This document shows positions 19,085 to 27,449 of a DNA stretch of 64,000 bases, in pieces. This DNA is from a bacterium. Its GTDB lineage: Bacteria; Patescibacteriota; Dojkabacteria; SC72. A model generated the notes under the pieces. That model saw nothing but the letters and a program-made list of their open reading frames with translations. It made no database searches and had not been told where the DNA came from. A program made the translations under genes and the position numbers. Within the stretch, counting starts at the first letter, position 1; each line of letters starts with the position of its first letter. The stretch covers positions 7,260-71,259 of the forward strand of contig JAIORF010000102.1 in the NCBI GenBank assembly GCA_021108295.1, read 5' to 3'.

Positions 19085-20030
19085 AGGCTGTAATCATAGC
19101 TTCTGCAATGTTTATAGGCTCTCCATCTGTAATTTTAGTCTCATAGGCTTTGAAACCAGGATGTAAGCTAATCTCTTGTATATATGGTTTATCGTTTTTA
19201 AACATAAAGTCTACTGCGATGAAGTCTGCATCGAAGATATTAGCGACCTTCTGTGCAATTTGTGTGATTTCTTCGTTTGGTTCGTTGTACATATGATAAC
19301 TTCCACCACTTACTGTCATAAAACCTTTTGTTGCCTTACGTTTCCAACCACCAATTACTTTACCAAACTTTACAAATATGCGTACGTCTTCTGGATTGGT
19401 AGAGAATTCTTGTAAAAAGAAGGCCTTATGGTCTTGTTTACATAAATGTTTTTGGTTTAGATCTTTTACATTGTCTAGTTTGTATACATTCTTTTTTACT
19501 TTCTTCTTACCAAATTTCCTATCAATTCTGTTTACTCCTGCGTATTCTTTGATAATTAGGGGGTAGTTGTTTAATACATCTCTAGCTTTAGTGTAATCGC
19601 CACTAGTAGAGTAGTATGTGTCAAAATATGGGATTTTGTGTGTAGCAAAGATTTGTGCAGTGTAGATTTTGTTGTAGTAGGGGAGTTTCTTGATAGCGTT
19701 ACTGTTATATACCAAGATCTTGTTATCAGGGTGAGATAAATTGTATTGATCAGTCCAGTCGACTATCAGTCTTTTCATCTGGTATTCTCTTGGACTATGT
19801 AAATTGTGACCTCTGAGTATGATATGAGAGTATTCTGTGATATGGTTACCTGCGAATTTTAGATGTGTTTCACCATCGAGTAGGAAGAATTCTATTTGGT
19901 TGTTGTATACAAAATCGTATGGAATATCTTTTTTGTCCAATTCCTCCATCATCCGTTTTACAGCTGAAGGGTATTTACCAACTCCTTTGACTTTTACTCG
20001 TGGTTCTTTGTCTATGATGAGGTATTTCAT
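19074..20030 (-). CDS. RimK-like ATP-grasp amidoligase (operon gene 5)
   Basis: ATP-grasp pattern: IKEYAGVNRIDRKFGKK, FFLQEF...EDVRIFVKFGKVIGGWKRK, and ADFIAVDFMFKNDKPYIQEISLHPGF. The ATG overlaps the upstream stop (TAATG). Confidence 0.6.
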   Translation of the reverse strand: MKYLIIDKEPRVKVKGVGKYPSAVKRMMEELDKKDIPYDFVYNNQIEFFLLDGETHLKFAGNHITEYSHIILRGHNLHSPREYQMKRLIVDWTDQYNLSHPDNKILVYNSNAIKKLPYYNKIYTAQIFATHKIPYFDTYYSTSGDYTKARDVLNNYPLIIKEYAGVNRIDRKFGKKKVKKNVYKLDNVKDLNQKHLCKQDHKAFFLQEFSTNPEDVRIFVKFGKVIGGWKRKATKGFMTVSGGSYHMYNEPNEEITQIAQKVANIFDADFIAVDFMFKNDKPYIQEISLHPGFKAYETKITDGEPINIAEAMITAFRD

Positions 20031-21739
20031 TATATTGTGTTGATTATTTTAATATGTTTCTTTCGTTTATATTTCTTTATAATCTTCATTTCGGTTTTGT
20101 GGGATTTAATGTCTTTTGTGACAAAGAGAATATCTATTTTATCAAATCCTAGTCCATGTTCTTTGACTTCATCTAGGTCTCTGTATTGTAGGATGATGGT
20201 GTCTAGGGCTGCGTTGACTTTGAGGGCTTCAATGGCCTTCCAGGTATCAATATTGTCATTAAATTCACAGTTATTAATTAATATCTTATGGTCTTTGTAT
20301 ACACCGACATTTTCTTCATTATTAATGTATCCTTTTTTCCTTAGTAGTGTAGGGATATCGTCTGTACTTTGGCCAATTACTACATATTTCTTTGTGTGAT
20401 TGTCTTTGAGTAGGGCTTGAACGTAGTAGGTGAGTGCTTCCGTTTGTACTTCTCCAATTACTGGGAAGAAGTTAAGGTATGATTCTGGCATAGTATTGAC
20501 CTCTAGTATTGCACCGTTGTCTTTTGTGAGTGGCTTTGAGATGTCTTTACACATTATATCTACACCTAAGGTAAATACATGCATTGTAGAGGCTATTGAT
20601 TCTACGATTATTTTTATCTCAGGAGATACTTTGTCTGAGAAGTCTTCTGTTATTCCTCCTCTACTCATACTTGCTATACCTCGTACATAGATTTTTTGAT
20701 TTTTTGTAGGTATAGATTCTAATGTTAAGCTCTGTTTTTCTAAGAAGGTTGTTAGTGGATCATCAAATATTATTGGCTTTAAGGTATGTGAAGGGTTACT
20801 TGTATTTCTTCTTGGGTCTTTGTTTGTTTCGTCTATGAGTTTCTTGATAGAAGATTTTCCATTTCCGATGATAAAGGCTGGTATTCGTTTGGTACAGACT
20901 TTTAGTTCCCCGTTGATAACCAAAAGCCTGTAGTCTGAGCCGTCTTTAGGGCCGTCTACCTGTTCCTGTATCATTATCTTTTTTTGCCAAGCACTTCTTT
21001 TTTTTGCTTCTACCTGTTTTGTGGCGTATTCTAAAGCATTGTAGGCTTTTTCCTTAGAGTCAATACCTACGACAACACCACTTCCTCCTGTTAGACCAGT
21101 TGGTTTGATAACTAGAGGCTTCTCATATTGAGCCCAGACTTTATCAATGTCTTTTTTGGAATCAATAATTTCCCATTTAGGTAGGGGCAGACCCATTCGT
21201 TCTATGATTTTGTTTGTTGACCATTTGTCTCGTTGAACTTTCATACCAAAGGTTGAGTCTTTTGTTGAAGCTATGGAGCAGGTTGCTTCAGATCCTTTAC
21301 CACAGCCTAGTGTGTAGTATCTATTCCAAGTGTAACCGAATCCTGCGGAGGTTCCGGGAACTATATCTTCGTTAGCAATTGTGAGTGTAGTTTCGTATCC
21401 TAGTTCCTGAGCTTTATGTAGTATTGGGATGGTAGACATAGAGTTAACTCTTTGTTTGATTACGGTGCCTAGTGTGTAATCTTGAGCTTCTTGTAGAGTT
21501 ATTTCTGAGTTGGAGAGTTTTCTAAAGGTTTTTGCACAATTTCTCCAGATACCTGGTAATTTGGAGCTTATAGTTAGGAGGTTGTTTTCTAATTTGTAGT
21601 TTTCAATAAATATTGGGTGAAATCCTTGGATTAGGTTTAGTAGTTTGAAGAGTTCTTCGCTTTCTTTAATGTCTGAGATCTTAATTTGAGTAGTAGGGGA
21701 TTCAAGGTTTAGGCCTTGTATTGTTTTGAGGTTTTTCAT
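20030..21739 (-). CDS. ATP-grasp ligase resembling the cyanophycin-synthetase N-terminal (G) domain, with N- and C-terminal extensions (operon gene 4)
   Basis: LVIKPTGLTGGSGVVVG, YRLLVINGELKV, and IIGNGKSSIKKLIDETNKDPRR resemble CphA-like GDGKxTIxELI..N.DPRR. MSRGGITEDFSDKV is also present. No Mur-ligase domain is seen. Confidence 0.6.
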   Translation of the reverse strand: MKNLKTIQGLNLESPTTQIKISDIKESEELFKLLNLIQGFHPIFIENYKLENNLLTISSKLPGIWRNCAKTFRKLSNSEITLQEAQDYTLGTVIKQRVNSMSTIPILHKAQELGYETTLTIANEDIVPGTSAGFGYTWNRYYTLGCGKGSEATCSIASTKDSTFGMKVQRDKWSTNKIIERMGLPLPKWEIIDSKKDIDKVWAQYEKPLVIKPTGLTGGSGVVVGIDSKEKAYNALEYATKQVEAKKRSAWQKKIMIQEQVDGPKDGSDYRLLVINGELKVCTKRIPAFIIGNGKSSIKKLIDETNKDPRRNTSNPSHTLKPIIFDDPLTTFLEKQSLTLESIPTKNQKIYVRGIASMSRGGITEDFSDKVSPEIKIIVESIASTMHVFTLGVDIMCKDISKPLTKDNGAILEVNTMPESYLNFFPVIGEVQTEALTYYVQALLKDNHTKKYVVIGQSTDDIPTLLRKKGYINNEENVGVYKDHKILINNCEFNDNIDTWKAIEALKVNAALDTIILQYRDLDEVKEHGLGFDKIDILFVTKDIKSHKTEMKIIKKYKRKKHIKIINTI

Positions 21740-21748
21740 TGGTTGGGA

Positions 21749-22735
21749 TTATGAATTTAGATATTTTTGTTGTATATATTTCATTATTGGTATTGCTACT
21801 CTTGCAATTTCTCCCTCATCTACTTTGTAGTGTATTCTAAGTCCTGGGTTGTAGTTGATTTCGTTAATACCACATTTCACTTTCTTGGTAATGTCTGGTG
21901 TTATTATATCTACACCTCCAAATTCTGTTCCTATGGCGTGTACTGCGTCTATTGCTAGCTGTTTGTAGTAAGGGTGTACTTCCTTATTGCATTCTTGTGT
22001 AGTTCCTCCTGTAGAGAGATTACAGCTATATCTTAGGATTATATCTTCTTTGTCTTGTGGTATGGAGTCTAGTGTCATATTGAGTTCACGGAGTCGTAAG
22101 TTTACTTCATTATCAATCTTGATTGGTTTTAAGAGGTCGGTTTTTCTTTTGTTATTAAAAAGATTTATTAGTTCTTGTATGCTGTTTTTACCATCGCCTA
22201 TTACATGTGCGGCTTTTCTTCTTACTGTACCTACGATTTCATTTCCTACTACTAGGAGTCTGTAGTTTTCTCCTTCTAGAAATTCTTCACCTAAGACGCC
22301 TATATTACCTTTTGATTTGTTTTTTGTTTTAGCTATGGTATAAGCCTCTAGGACTTCTTTTTCATTGCTTGGGAGTAGTGTAATTCCTATTCCTCCTAGT
22401 TGTTGTGTTGGTTTGATCACAATTCTTTTATATTTGGCAAAGAATTTTATTGCATCAATTGGGCTTTTGAGTTTCTCTTGTTTTGGAACTGGTATTGCAG
22501 ATTCTTCAAGTACTAGGTTTGTGAGGTGTTTTCTTTTTGCAATTGTTGCGGATGTGGTATTGGTAAGTGGTGTAGCGGTGTTTATTATGTGCCATACCTT
22601 ATCTTTGCATCTGAATTCTGCAAGAAGGCTTGGTACGAGTACTTTGTAGTGTATTTTTAATTCATCGGCAGCTTCTAGGTAGTATGCTAGGTGTACATTG
22701 CCAGCTTCTTTTAGGTAGTCTGTGTATGTTTTCAT
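21749..22735 (-). CDS. Stand-alone ATP-grasp ligase, cyanophycin-synthetase G-domain-like (operon gene 3)
   Basis: IVIKPTQQLGGIGITLL, YRLLVVGNEIVGTVRRKAAHVIGDGKNSIQELINLFN, and NLSTGGTTQECNKEVHP...GGVDIITPD. Confidence 0.6.
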   Translation of the reverse strand: MKTYTDYLKEAGNVHLAYYLEAADELKIHYKVLVPSLLAEFRCKDKVWHIINTATPLTNTTSATIAKRKHLTNLVLEESAIPVPKQEKLKSPIDAIKFFAKYKRIVIKPTQQLGGIGITLLPSNEKEVLEAYTIAKTKNKSKGNIGVLGEEFLEGENYRLLVVGNEIVGTVRRKAAHVIGDGKNSIQELINLFNNKRKTDLLKPIKIDNEVNLRLRELNMTLDSIPQDKEDIILRYSCNLSTGGTTQECNKEVHPYYKQLAIDAVHAIGTEFGGVDIITPDITKKVKCGINEINYNPGLRIHYKVDEGEIARVAIPIMKYIQQKYLNS

Positions 22736-22744
22736 ATATGTATA

Positions 22745-24211
22745 TTACTTAAATATAGAGGAGGTATCAATGAGGTATCCTGTGAGTTCAGATCTCCCTA
22801 TTACTAGAGGGTAGGGGATATCGTTTGTAATGACGGCGTTTAAGGCCTTTTTATCTCCAGATATTTTAATACGGATATTAATTACAGGTCTGATTACAAT
22901 TTGTCCATCTTCTACAATTTTTGCAAGTCTTACTATGTCTGGATGGTTGGTGATTTTCTTCCCTTTGGCATCAATATATTCTTGTGCGTCTTTAAAGGTG
23001 GGGAAGCTCTTTGGTGTTTCTAACTGTTTGAAGTATTTATTTATATCGGTGTATCCTGTTCTGCTAGAGAGTCTTGTGGAGATACGGGTGGTAAGTACAC
23101 CGGTGTCTATGAATGATTTAGTTAGTTCTTTTTCTATCTTTATTTTTGTTTTCTTTTTCTTGTTTAGGATTTTAGGTTTGTGGTATACGTATACTTTTTC
23201 AGTGATGTTGACGACCTTACGACCACTTATAGATTCGATGCTTTCTTCAATTTCTCCCCCAAAGAGGTTTTTTCCTATTCTAATACCGTGTTTGATGCTT
23301 TTTACTTCTAGTCCTTTGACTTTTTCGAGTCTCCATCTTAGACCTGCTTGATTTGCTACCTGTATTCCTAGTCCTGGTCTTGCGTTGACCTCAAACACAA
23401 CGGGTCCTTTGTCACGGTCAATTGCGATGTCTACTCCGATATATCCGAGTTTTGAGGCTTTTTGGCATTTGAGGGCAATTGTAAGGAGGTTGTTCCAATT
23501 TGGTATTTGGATACCACTTAGAGATTTGTTTTCTTCAAGGTCTACTGTTTTGTCAATCATTTCGTATGTATCACTAATTAGGCTTGTTGGTTGCATATGC
23601 ATTGAGTAGGTGGTTATCCCTGTGCTTATATCGATGCCTGTACATATTGCTCCAGTGTGTAGGTTGGCTGTACCGTTAGATCTTTTGGTAGGTAGTCGTG
23701 TCATTGCCATGATGGGGACTCCATTAAAGCAGATTATTCTAATATCAGGTACTCCTTTGTAGGAGTATTGTTTAAGGAATGGGTCTGTTTTTACTCTTTC
23801 TTCGATGATTGCAGTATCTTTTCGGGAACCCATGGAGTATCTGCCTTCTAGGATGTTTTCTATATGTAGTATTATGTCCCTTTTAGACATTATCTTGCCG
23901 TTTGGTCTAATCCAGGCGTTTTGTCCTTTCTTTTTGCCGTAGAATACTATGATTCCGTTTCCTCCTGTTCCTTTGTTTGGTTTTATCACAAAGCTTTTTG
24001 GTAGTGATTCCCAGTCAAGGTATTTCAGTTGTTTTTTGCTTCTAATGAGTTTGTATACGTCGGGTGTTTTTATCCCTTCTTTTTTTAATATTCTTTTGGT
24101 GACTATCTTGTTGTCTGCAATGGCTTTTGCAGAGAGAGAGTTGTATGGTCTTATATATTCTTGGTTTCTTCTGTTTAATCCAAGAATGTCTTTGAGGGTG
24201 TTCCTATGCAT
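22745..24211 (-). CDS. ATPgrasp_ST / alpha-L-glutamate-ligase-related RimK-like ATP-grasp (operon gene 2)
   Basis: The N-terminal ILGLNRRNQEYIRPYN motif typifies the 7TM-associated RimK-related family. It is followed by FVIKPNKGTGGNGIIV and GVDIAIDRDKGPVVFEVNARPGL. Confidence 0.6.
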   Translation of the reverse strand: MHRNTLKDILGLNRRNQEYIRPYNSLSAKAIADNKIVTKRILKKEGIKTPDVYKLIRSKKQLKYLDWESLPKSFVIKPNKGTGGNGIIVFYGKKKGQNAWIRPNGKIMSKRDIILHIENILEGRYSMGSRKDTAIIEERVKTDPFLKQYSYKGVPDIRIICFNGVPIMAMTRLPTKRSNGTANLHTGAICTGIDISTGITTYSMHMQPTSLISDTYEMIDKTVDLEENKSLSGIQIPNWNNLLTIALKCQKASKLGYIGVDIAIDRDKGPVVFEVNARPGLGIQVANQAGLRWRLEKVKGLEVKSIKHGIRIGKNLFGGEIEESIESISGRKVVNITEKVYVYHKPKILNKKKKTKIKIEKELTKSFIDTGVLTTRISTRLSSRTGYTDINKYFKQLETPKSFPTFKDAQEYIDAKGKKITNHPDIVRLAKIVEDGQIVIRPVINIRIKISGDKKALNAVITNDIPYPLVIGRSELTGYLIDTSSIFK

Positions 24212-24866
24212 TATCTTTTTCTTCTAGTATAGATTGAAATCTAAGAAGGTCTTTGAATCTTAGGCCTTTGAATTGTCCAATTAGTATGTTTATGAGTATG
24301 AATACGGGTATTATCCAGAGGTTGTTTACTAGGTTGGTGGAGATTACGTCTCTTGTGATGATAAACCAGCCTAGTGCTGAGATTGCGATTGTAGAGAAGA
24401 GTGTAAGGAATGATGTTTTGAGGGATTTCTTTACATATTGTTTTGTAAAGAAGTCTCCTAGTGCTGCGATTGAGATCATAGCTAGGGATGGGATGTATGC
24501 CATGTTTTCTAGTGTTAGTCCATATTTGTCTATTACCATTAGGAAAAGTGTTAGGGAGAGTATGAGTATGCAGTAGTTGATAGCGATTCTTGTTATGTAG
24601 TGCATTCTAATCCTTCGTAGCACAGAGTAGGAGAGTAGGGTGCTAAAGATTACTACGGTAGTAATTGCTAATCCATACTTGAGTCCTGTGTAGGAGTATG
24701 CGATTGCGAGTATTATGGGTGCGTATATTCCGTATGTTTTGTTACCGAAGATGTATCTTCCGATACTTACTAGGGTAGCTAGTAGAGCAATTGTGATGAA
24801 GAGCTCTAAAGTTTGACTGGGTACACCATTTCCCAGTATCCAGGTTGTAAATGGAGAGTATTCCAT
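24204..24866 (-). CDS. Seven-helix integral membrane protein, probable 7TM partner of the ATP-grasp ligases (operon gene 1)
   Basis: Seven hydrophobic helices in 220 aa. It overlaps the downstream ATP-grasp gene by 8 nt, and it is the first gene after the rplL terminator. Confidence 0.5.
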   Translation of the reverse strand: MEYSPFTTWILGNGVPSQTLELFITIALLATLVSIGRYIFGNKTYGIYAPIILAIAYSYTGLKYGLAITTVVIFSTLLSYSVLRRIRMHYITRIAINYCILILSLTLFLMVIDKYGLTLENMAYIPSLAMISIAALGDFFTKQYVKKSLKTSFLTLFSTIAISALGWFIITRDVISTNLVNNLWIIPVFILINILIGQFKGLRFKDLLRFQSILEEKDNA

Positions 24867-24934
24867 AGGTAGTGTTTATGACAATTTAGTATTAATTTGT
24901 GAGCAGATTAATTAATTATACTTATTAAGAGGGG

Positions 24935-24957
24935 AAAAAGCCACTCTTACGAGTGGC
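24935..24957 (-). terminator. Intrinsic terminator of rplL
   Basis: Minus-strand RNA reads AAAGCCACUCGUAAGAGUGGCUUUUUCCCC. Stem GCCACUC/GAGUGGC is followed by a U-tract. Confidence 0.7.
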
Positions 24958-24983
24958 TTTCTTTGTTCACAAAAGTTAGAGTA

Positions 24984-25385
24984 TTACTCTAATTCTACTT
25001 TAGCTCCTGCTTCTTCAAGCGTTGCTTTCATAGCTTCAGCGTCTTCCTTTTGTACTTCCTCTTTGATAGCTTGAGGAGCACCTTCTACAAGATCTTTAGC
25101 CTCTTTAAGGCCTAATTCTGTAATCTCTCTTACTGCTTTGATTACACCGATCTTGTTGGCACCAGCTTCTTTAAGAACAATGTTGAATGTAGACTTTTCT
25201 TCTACTTCTTCTGCTGCTACTGGGGCTGCTGCTGCTGCCATAGGGGCTGCTGCACTTACTCCAAACTTTTCTTCCATGTTCTTAACTAGGTCTGCTAGTT
25301 CTAGTACGGTCATTTTTTCAACCATTTCTAGTACTTTTGTTGCTTCCTTTGTTAATTTTGGGAGTTTTTTTGTTTCTTCTGCCAT
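24984..25385 (-). CDS. rplL: Ribosomal protein L7/L12
   Basis: [43 protein letters not shown]..., an Ala-rich hinge, and a C-terminal domain ending KVELE. Confidence 0.95.
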   Translation of the reverse strand: MAEETKKLPKLTKEATKVLEMVEKMTVLELADLVKNMEEKFGVSAAAPMAAAAAPVAAEEVEEKSTFNIVLKEAGANKIGVIKAVREITELGLKEAKDLVEGAPQAIKEEVQKEDAEAMKATLEEAGAKVELE

Positions 25386-25418
25386 TTTATTAAGTATATA
25401 AATTAAATTATTATCCGT

Positions 25419-25940
25419 TTAGGAATCTTTTTTAGTTATGCCTGTTAGGGCAACGGTTAGGCTCTTAGCATTACCGGTTACTGCGTTCATAAAACCACTT
25501 AGAGGTGCGCTCATTGTACCAACTAGCATACCGAGTAGTTCTTCTTTAGAAGGTATTTCTGCAAGTTGCATTACTTTTTCTTCACTTAGGAATTCTCCTT
25601 CATATACACCGCCTCTTGTGTCTAGTAGTTCTGTTTCTTCTTGAACGTCTTTTACTAGTTTAGCGGGGGTTGTAGGGTCTTCTCCGAAGTATATTACGGC
25701 TGTATTGCCATCAAAGTCTTGTATTTCTACTGGTTGTTTTGTGTCTTGTAGTGCTATTTTAAAGATCGTATTCTTTATCACAGTGAAGTTTGCACCTTGT
25801 TCTTTTAGGTCTTTTTTGAGTGCTGTGACTGTTGTTGTGTCAATACTGCCTGAGTTTACTAAGAAGTATCCTTCGTGGTTAGAGAGGATGTCTTTGTACT
25901 GTTTTAGTAATTCAGTTTTTTTGTCTTGGCTGATTGCCAT
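25419..25940 (-). CDS. rplJ: Ribosomal protein L10
   Basis: L10 N-terminal pattern (KKTELLKQYKDILSNHEGYFLVNSGSIDTTTVTALKKDLKEQGANFTVIKNT). Confidence 0.9.
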   Translation of the reverse strand: MAISQDKKTELLKQYKDILSNHEGYFLVNSGSIDTTTVTALKKDLKEQGANFTVIKNTIFKIALQDTKQPVEIQDFDGNTAVIYFGEDPTTPAKLVKDVQEETELLDTRGGVYEGEFLSEEKVMQLAEIPSKEELLGMLVGTMSAPLSGFMNAVTGNAKSLTVALTGITKKDS

Positions 25941-26031
25941 GTCTTTAGATTATTAATTAATTTGAGTAGTCATATTTTGCCTCGTATGGGTTTATGTTCA
26001 TACCATATGTCTTAGGCGATTAACTAGGGTG

Positions 26032-26060
26032 ATTATATATGTTTAGGTGTAGGTGGTCAA
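26032..26060 (-). promoter_or_regulatory. rplJ promoter (TTGACC-17-TATAAT) ahead of a ~90-nt L10 leader
   Basis: On the minus strand: TTGACCacctacacctaaacataTATAAT. It lies 12 nt downstream of the cassette-A terminator U-tract. Confidence 0.6.
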
Positions 26061-26071
26061 GTAGGGTAGTG

Positions 26072-26755
26072 GTAGGAAAGAAAAAGAACACCCTTAATAT
26101 TTGTTGACCGAAGTCAGAAATATTCCTCTGCTAGGAGGGGGTGTTCTCGTTCATATGGGGGTGGGGTTATTCCTAGTCGTCGTAATCCTCTATTAGTACG
26201 GGATATACTGCTGTGATCCCTGCTAAGGCGATGAGTACGTATACCAATACAACGGGATTCCAGCTCGGTATCATTATTACGCTGAGATATGCTATCGCTC
26301 CTCCTACAAGATAGGGGAAGCTTTTCTTGCAGATGAATATTGCAAGATCCTCGAGGATCTCTCCTAGGAATTTTTGTGTTTCAGGCTTCATCTCTGTCAC
26401 TTGACTTGTATCTTTCCTCATCTGTCTTATTCTTTTCTGCATTTTATTTCTCCTTTTAACAATATTGTTTGTTTTTATTATAACCATACTATTAAACTTC
26501 AACTGCTTAAAATCTAATATATGGTTATAACTATCCTAAGGAGACTAACCTTTTTTCCATATGAAAACTTGTATAAATATGGATATAAATATCACATAAT
26601 ACAAGAATATTTTAAAGAACTAGTTTCTTATAAAAGAAACATAAAAAAGATAAGGAAATCTCTCTCTATGAAGCTTTTATGTATGTTTTGGGGATATATT
26701 AAGGTGCAGTATTAACTATCTACTACATTATACTATAGGACGACATTAGTGTCAA
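26072..26755 (-). repeat. Cassette unit A: sigma70 promoter, ~250-nt conserved leader, small 2-TM ORF, conserved structured terminator
   Basis: Promoter TTGACA-17-TATAAT at 26727-26755 (minus). The leader 26473-26726 is near-identical to copies at 27157, 27843 and 30855. The terminator stem AGAACACCC/GGGTGTTCT at 26085-26147 (inner TGAC-CGAA-GTCA hairpin) is followed by a U-tract. Confidence 0.8.
26173..26442 (-). CDS. Small two-TM membrane protein (cassette A cargo, 89 aa)
   Basis: The start is moved to the internal Met (MQKRIRQMRKD...), preceded by AAGGAGA. The N-terminal MKFNSMVIIK of the listed ORF is read from the conserved leader. Two hydrophobic helices. Confidence 0.55.
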   Translation of the reverse strand: MQKRIRQMRKDTSQVTEMKPETQKFLGEILEDLAIFICKKSFPYLVGGAIAYLSVIMIPSWNPVVLVYVLIALAGITAVYPVLIEDYDD

Positions 26756-26767
26756 TTACACGTATGG

Positions 26768-27437
26768 GCAAGAAAGAAAAAAGCACCCTTAATATGTATT
26801 GTTGACTAATGAAAGTCAAAAATATCATAAACCTCTGTTAGGAGGGGGTGCTTTATTCATATGGTTAGGGATGCCAGATAGTAGACAGAAATTTCGAGAT
26901 AATCTGAAATGATCCATGAATACTTATCGCTTCTACAATATATACGAATAATAGTAATGCTACACATATATATGTGAAGAGGATAAGTACCCTCGTTTCT
27001 TCCTTGATTGGATTCCAGACCTTGGGTATTTTAGTGGGTATTGGGCACTCTAAAGACCACTTGAGAAGAGAGAATCCCCCATAAAAAAGCCCAGCTATGA
27101 CTCCCGTTATGGTAATCGCATCATAGATGTTCATGTTTAAGCTCCTTTTTAATTGTTTTATTATAACCATACTATTAAACTTCAACTGCTTAAAATCTAA
27201 TATATGGTTATAACTATCCTAAGGAGACTAACCTTTTTTCCATATGAAAACTTGTATAAATATGGATATAAATATCACATAATACAAGAATATTTTAAAG
27301 AACTAGTTTCTTATAAAAGAAACATAAAAAAGATAAGGAAATCTCTCTCTATGAAGCTTTTATGTATGTTTTGGGCTGTTTAAAGGTGCAGTATTACTAC
27401 CTACTATATTATACTATAGGGCAGGGGGTGTAGTCAA
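26768..27437 (-). repeat. Cassette unit B (same architecture as A)
   Basis: Promoter TTGACT-18-TATAAT at 27408-27437. Leader 27157-27407. Terminator stem AAAGCACCC/GGGTGCTTT at 26780-26854, a compensatory variant of the stem in A and D. Confidence 0.8.
26865..27134 (-). CDS. Small two-TM membrane protein (cassette B cargo, 89 aa)
   Basis: The start is at the internal Met (MNIYDAITITG...), preceded by AAAAGGAG. It is unrelated in sequence to the cargo of A, C and D. Confidence 0.55.
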   Translation of the reverse strand: MNIYDAITITGVIAGLFYGGFSLLKWSLECPIPTKIPKVWNPIKEETRVLILFTYICVALLLFVYIVEAISIHGSFQIISKFLSTIWHP

Positions 27438-27449
27438 TATGGTGTATGG

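Noticed and set aside
25941-26031. The ~90-nt rplJ 5' UTR as an L10-leader autoregulatory RNA.
   Set aside because: It is plausible from position, since the L10(L12)4-binding leader exists in many bacteria. I could not identify the characteristic kink-turn or L7Ae-like structure by eye, so it is not annotated as a feature.
26145-26156. GTTCAT hexamer inside each cassette terminator element (gttcatatggggg), which might have been another copy of the competence motif.
   Set aside because: It is a single hexamer with no second repeat 11 bp away and no TTGTTAAA, and it is on the non-template side of a terminator. It is a coincidental match.
26443-26502. Shared N-terminus MKFNSMVIIK of the two listed ORFs 26173..26502 and 26865..27185, which suggested a paralogous protein family.
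   Set aside because: The shared residues are translated from the conserved leader DNA (the 12-bp palindrome region). Both ORFs have an internal Met preceded by a good Shine-Dalgarno sequence (AAGGAGA / AAAAGGAG) downstream of the repeat, and after trimming the proteins are unrelated.
26521-26715. Plus-strand 64-aa ORF (MVITILRRLTFFPYENLYKYGYKYHIIQEYFKE...) lying entirely inside the conserved cassette leader.
   Set aside because: The equivalent frame in copies B and C ends earlier (…CMFWAV*) and copy D has substitutions, so no conserved product is maintained. The ORF is most likely a by-product of the AT-rich conserved non-coding RNA. It is kept in mind only as possible antisense coding.
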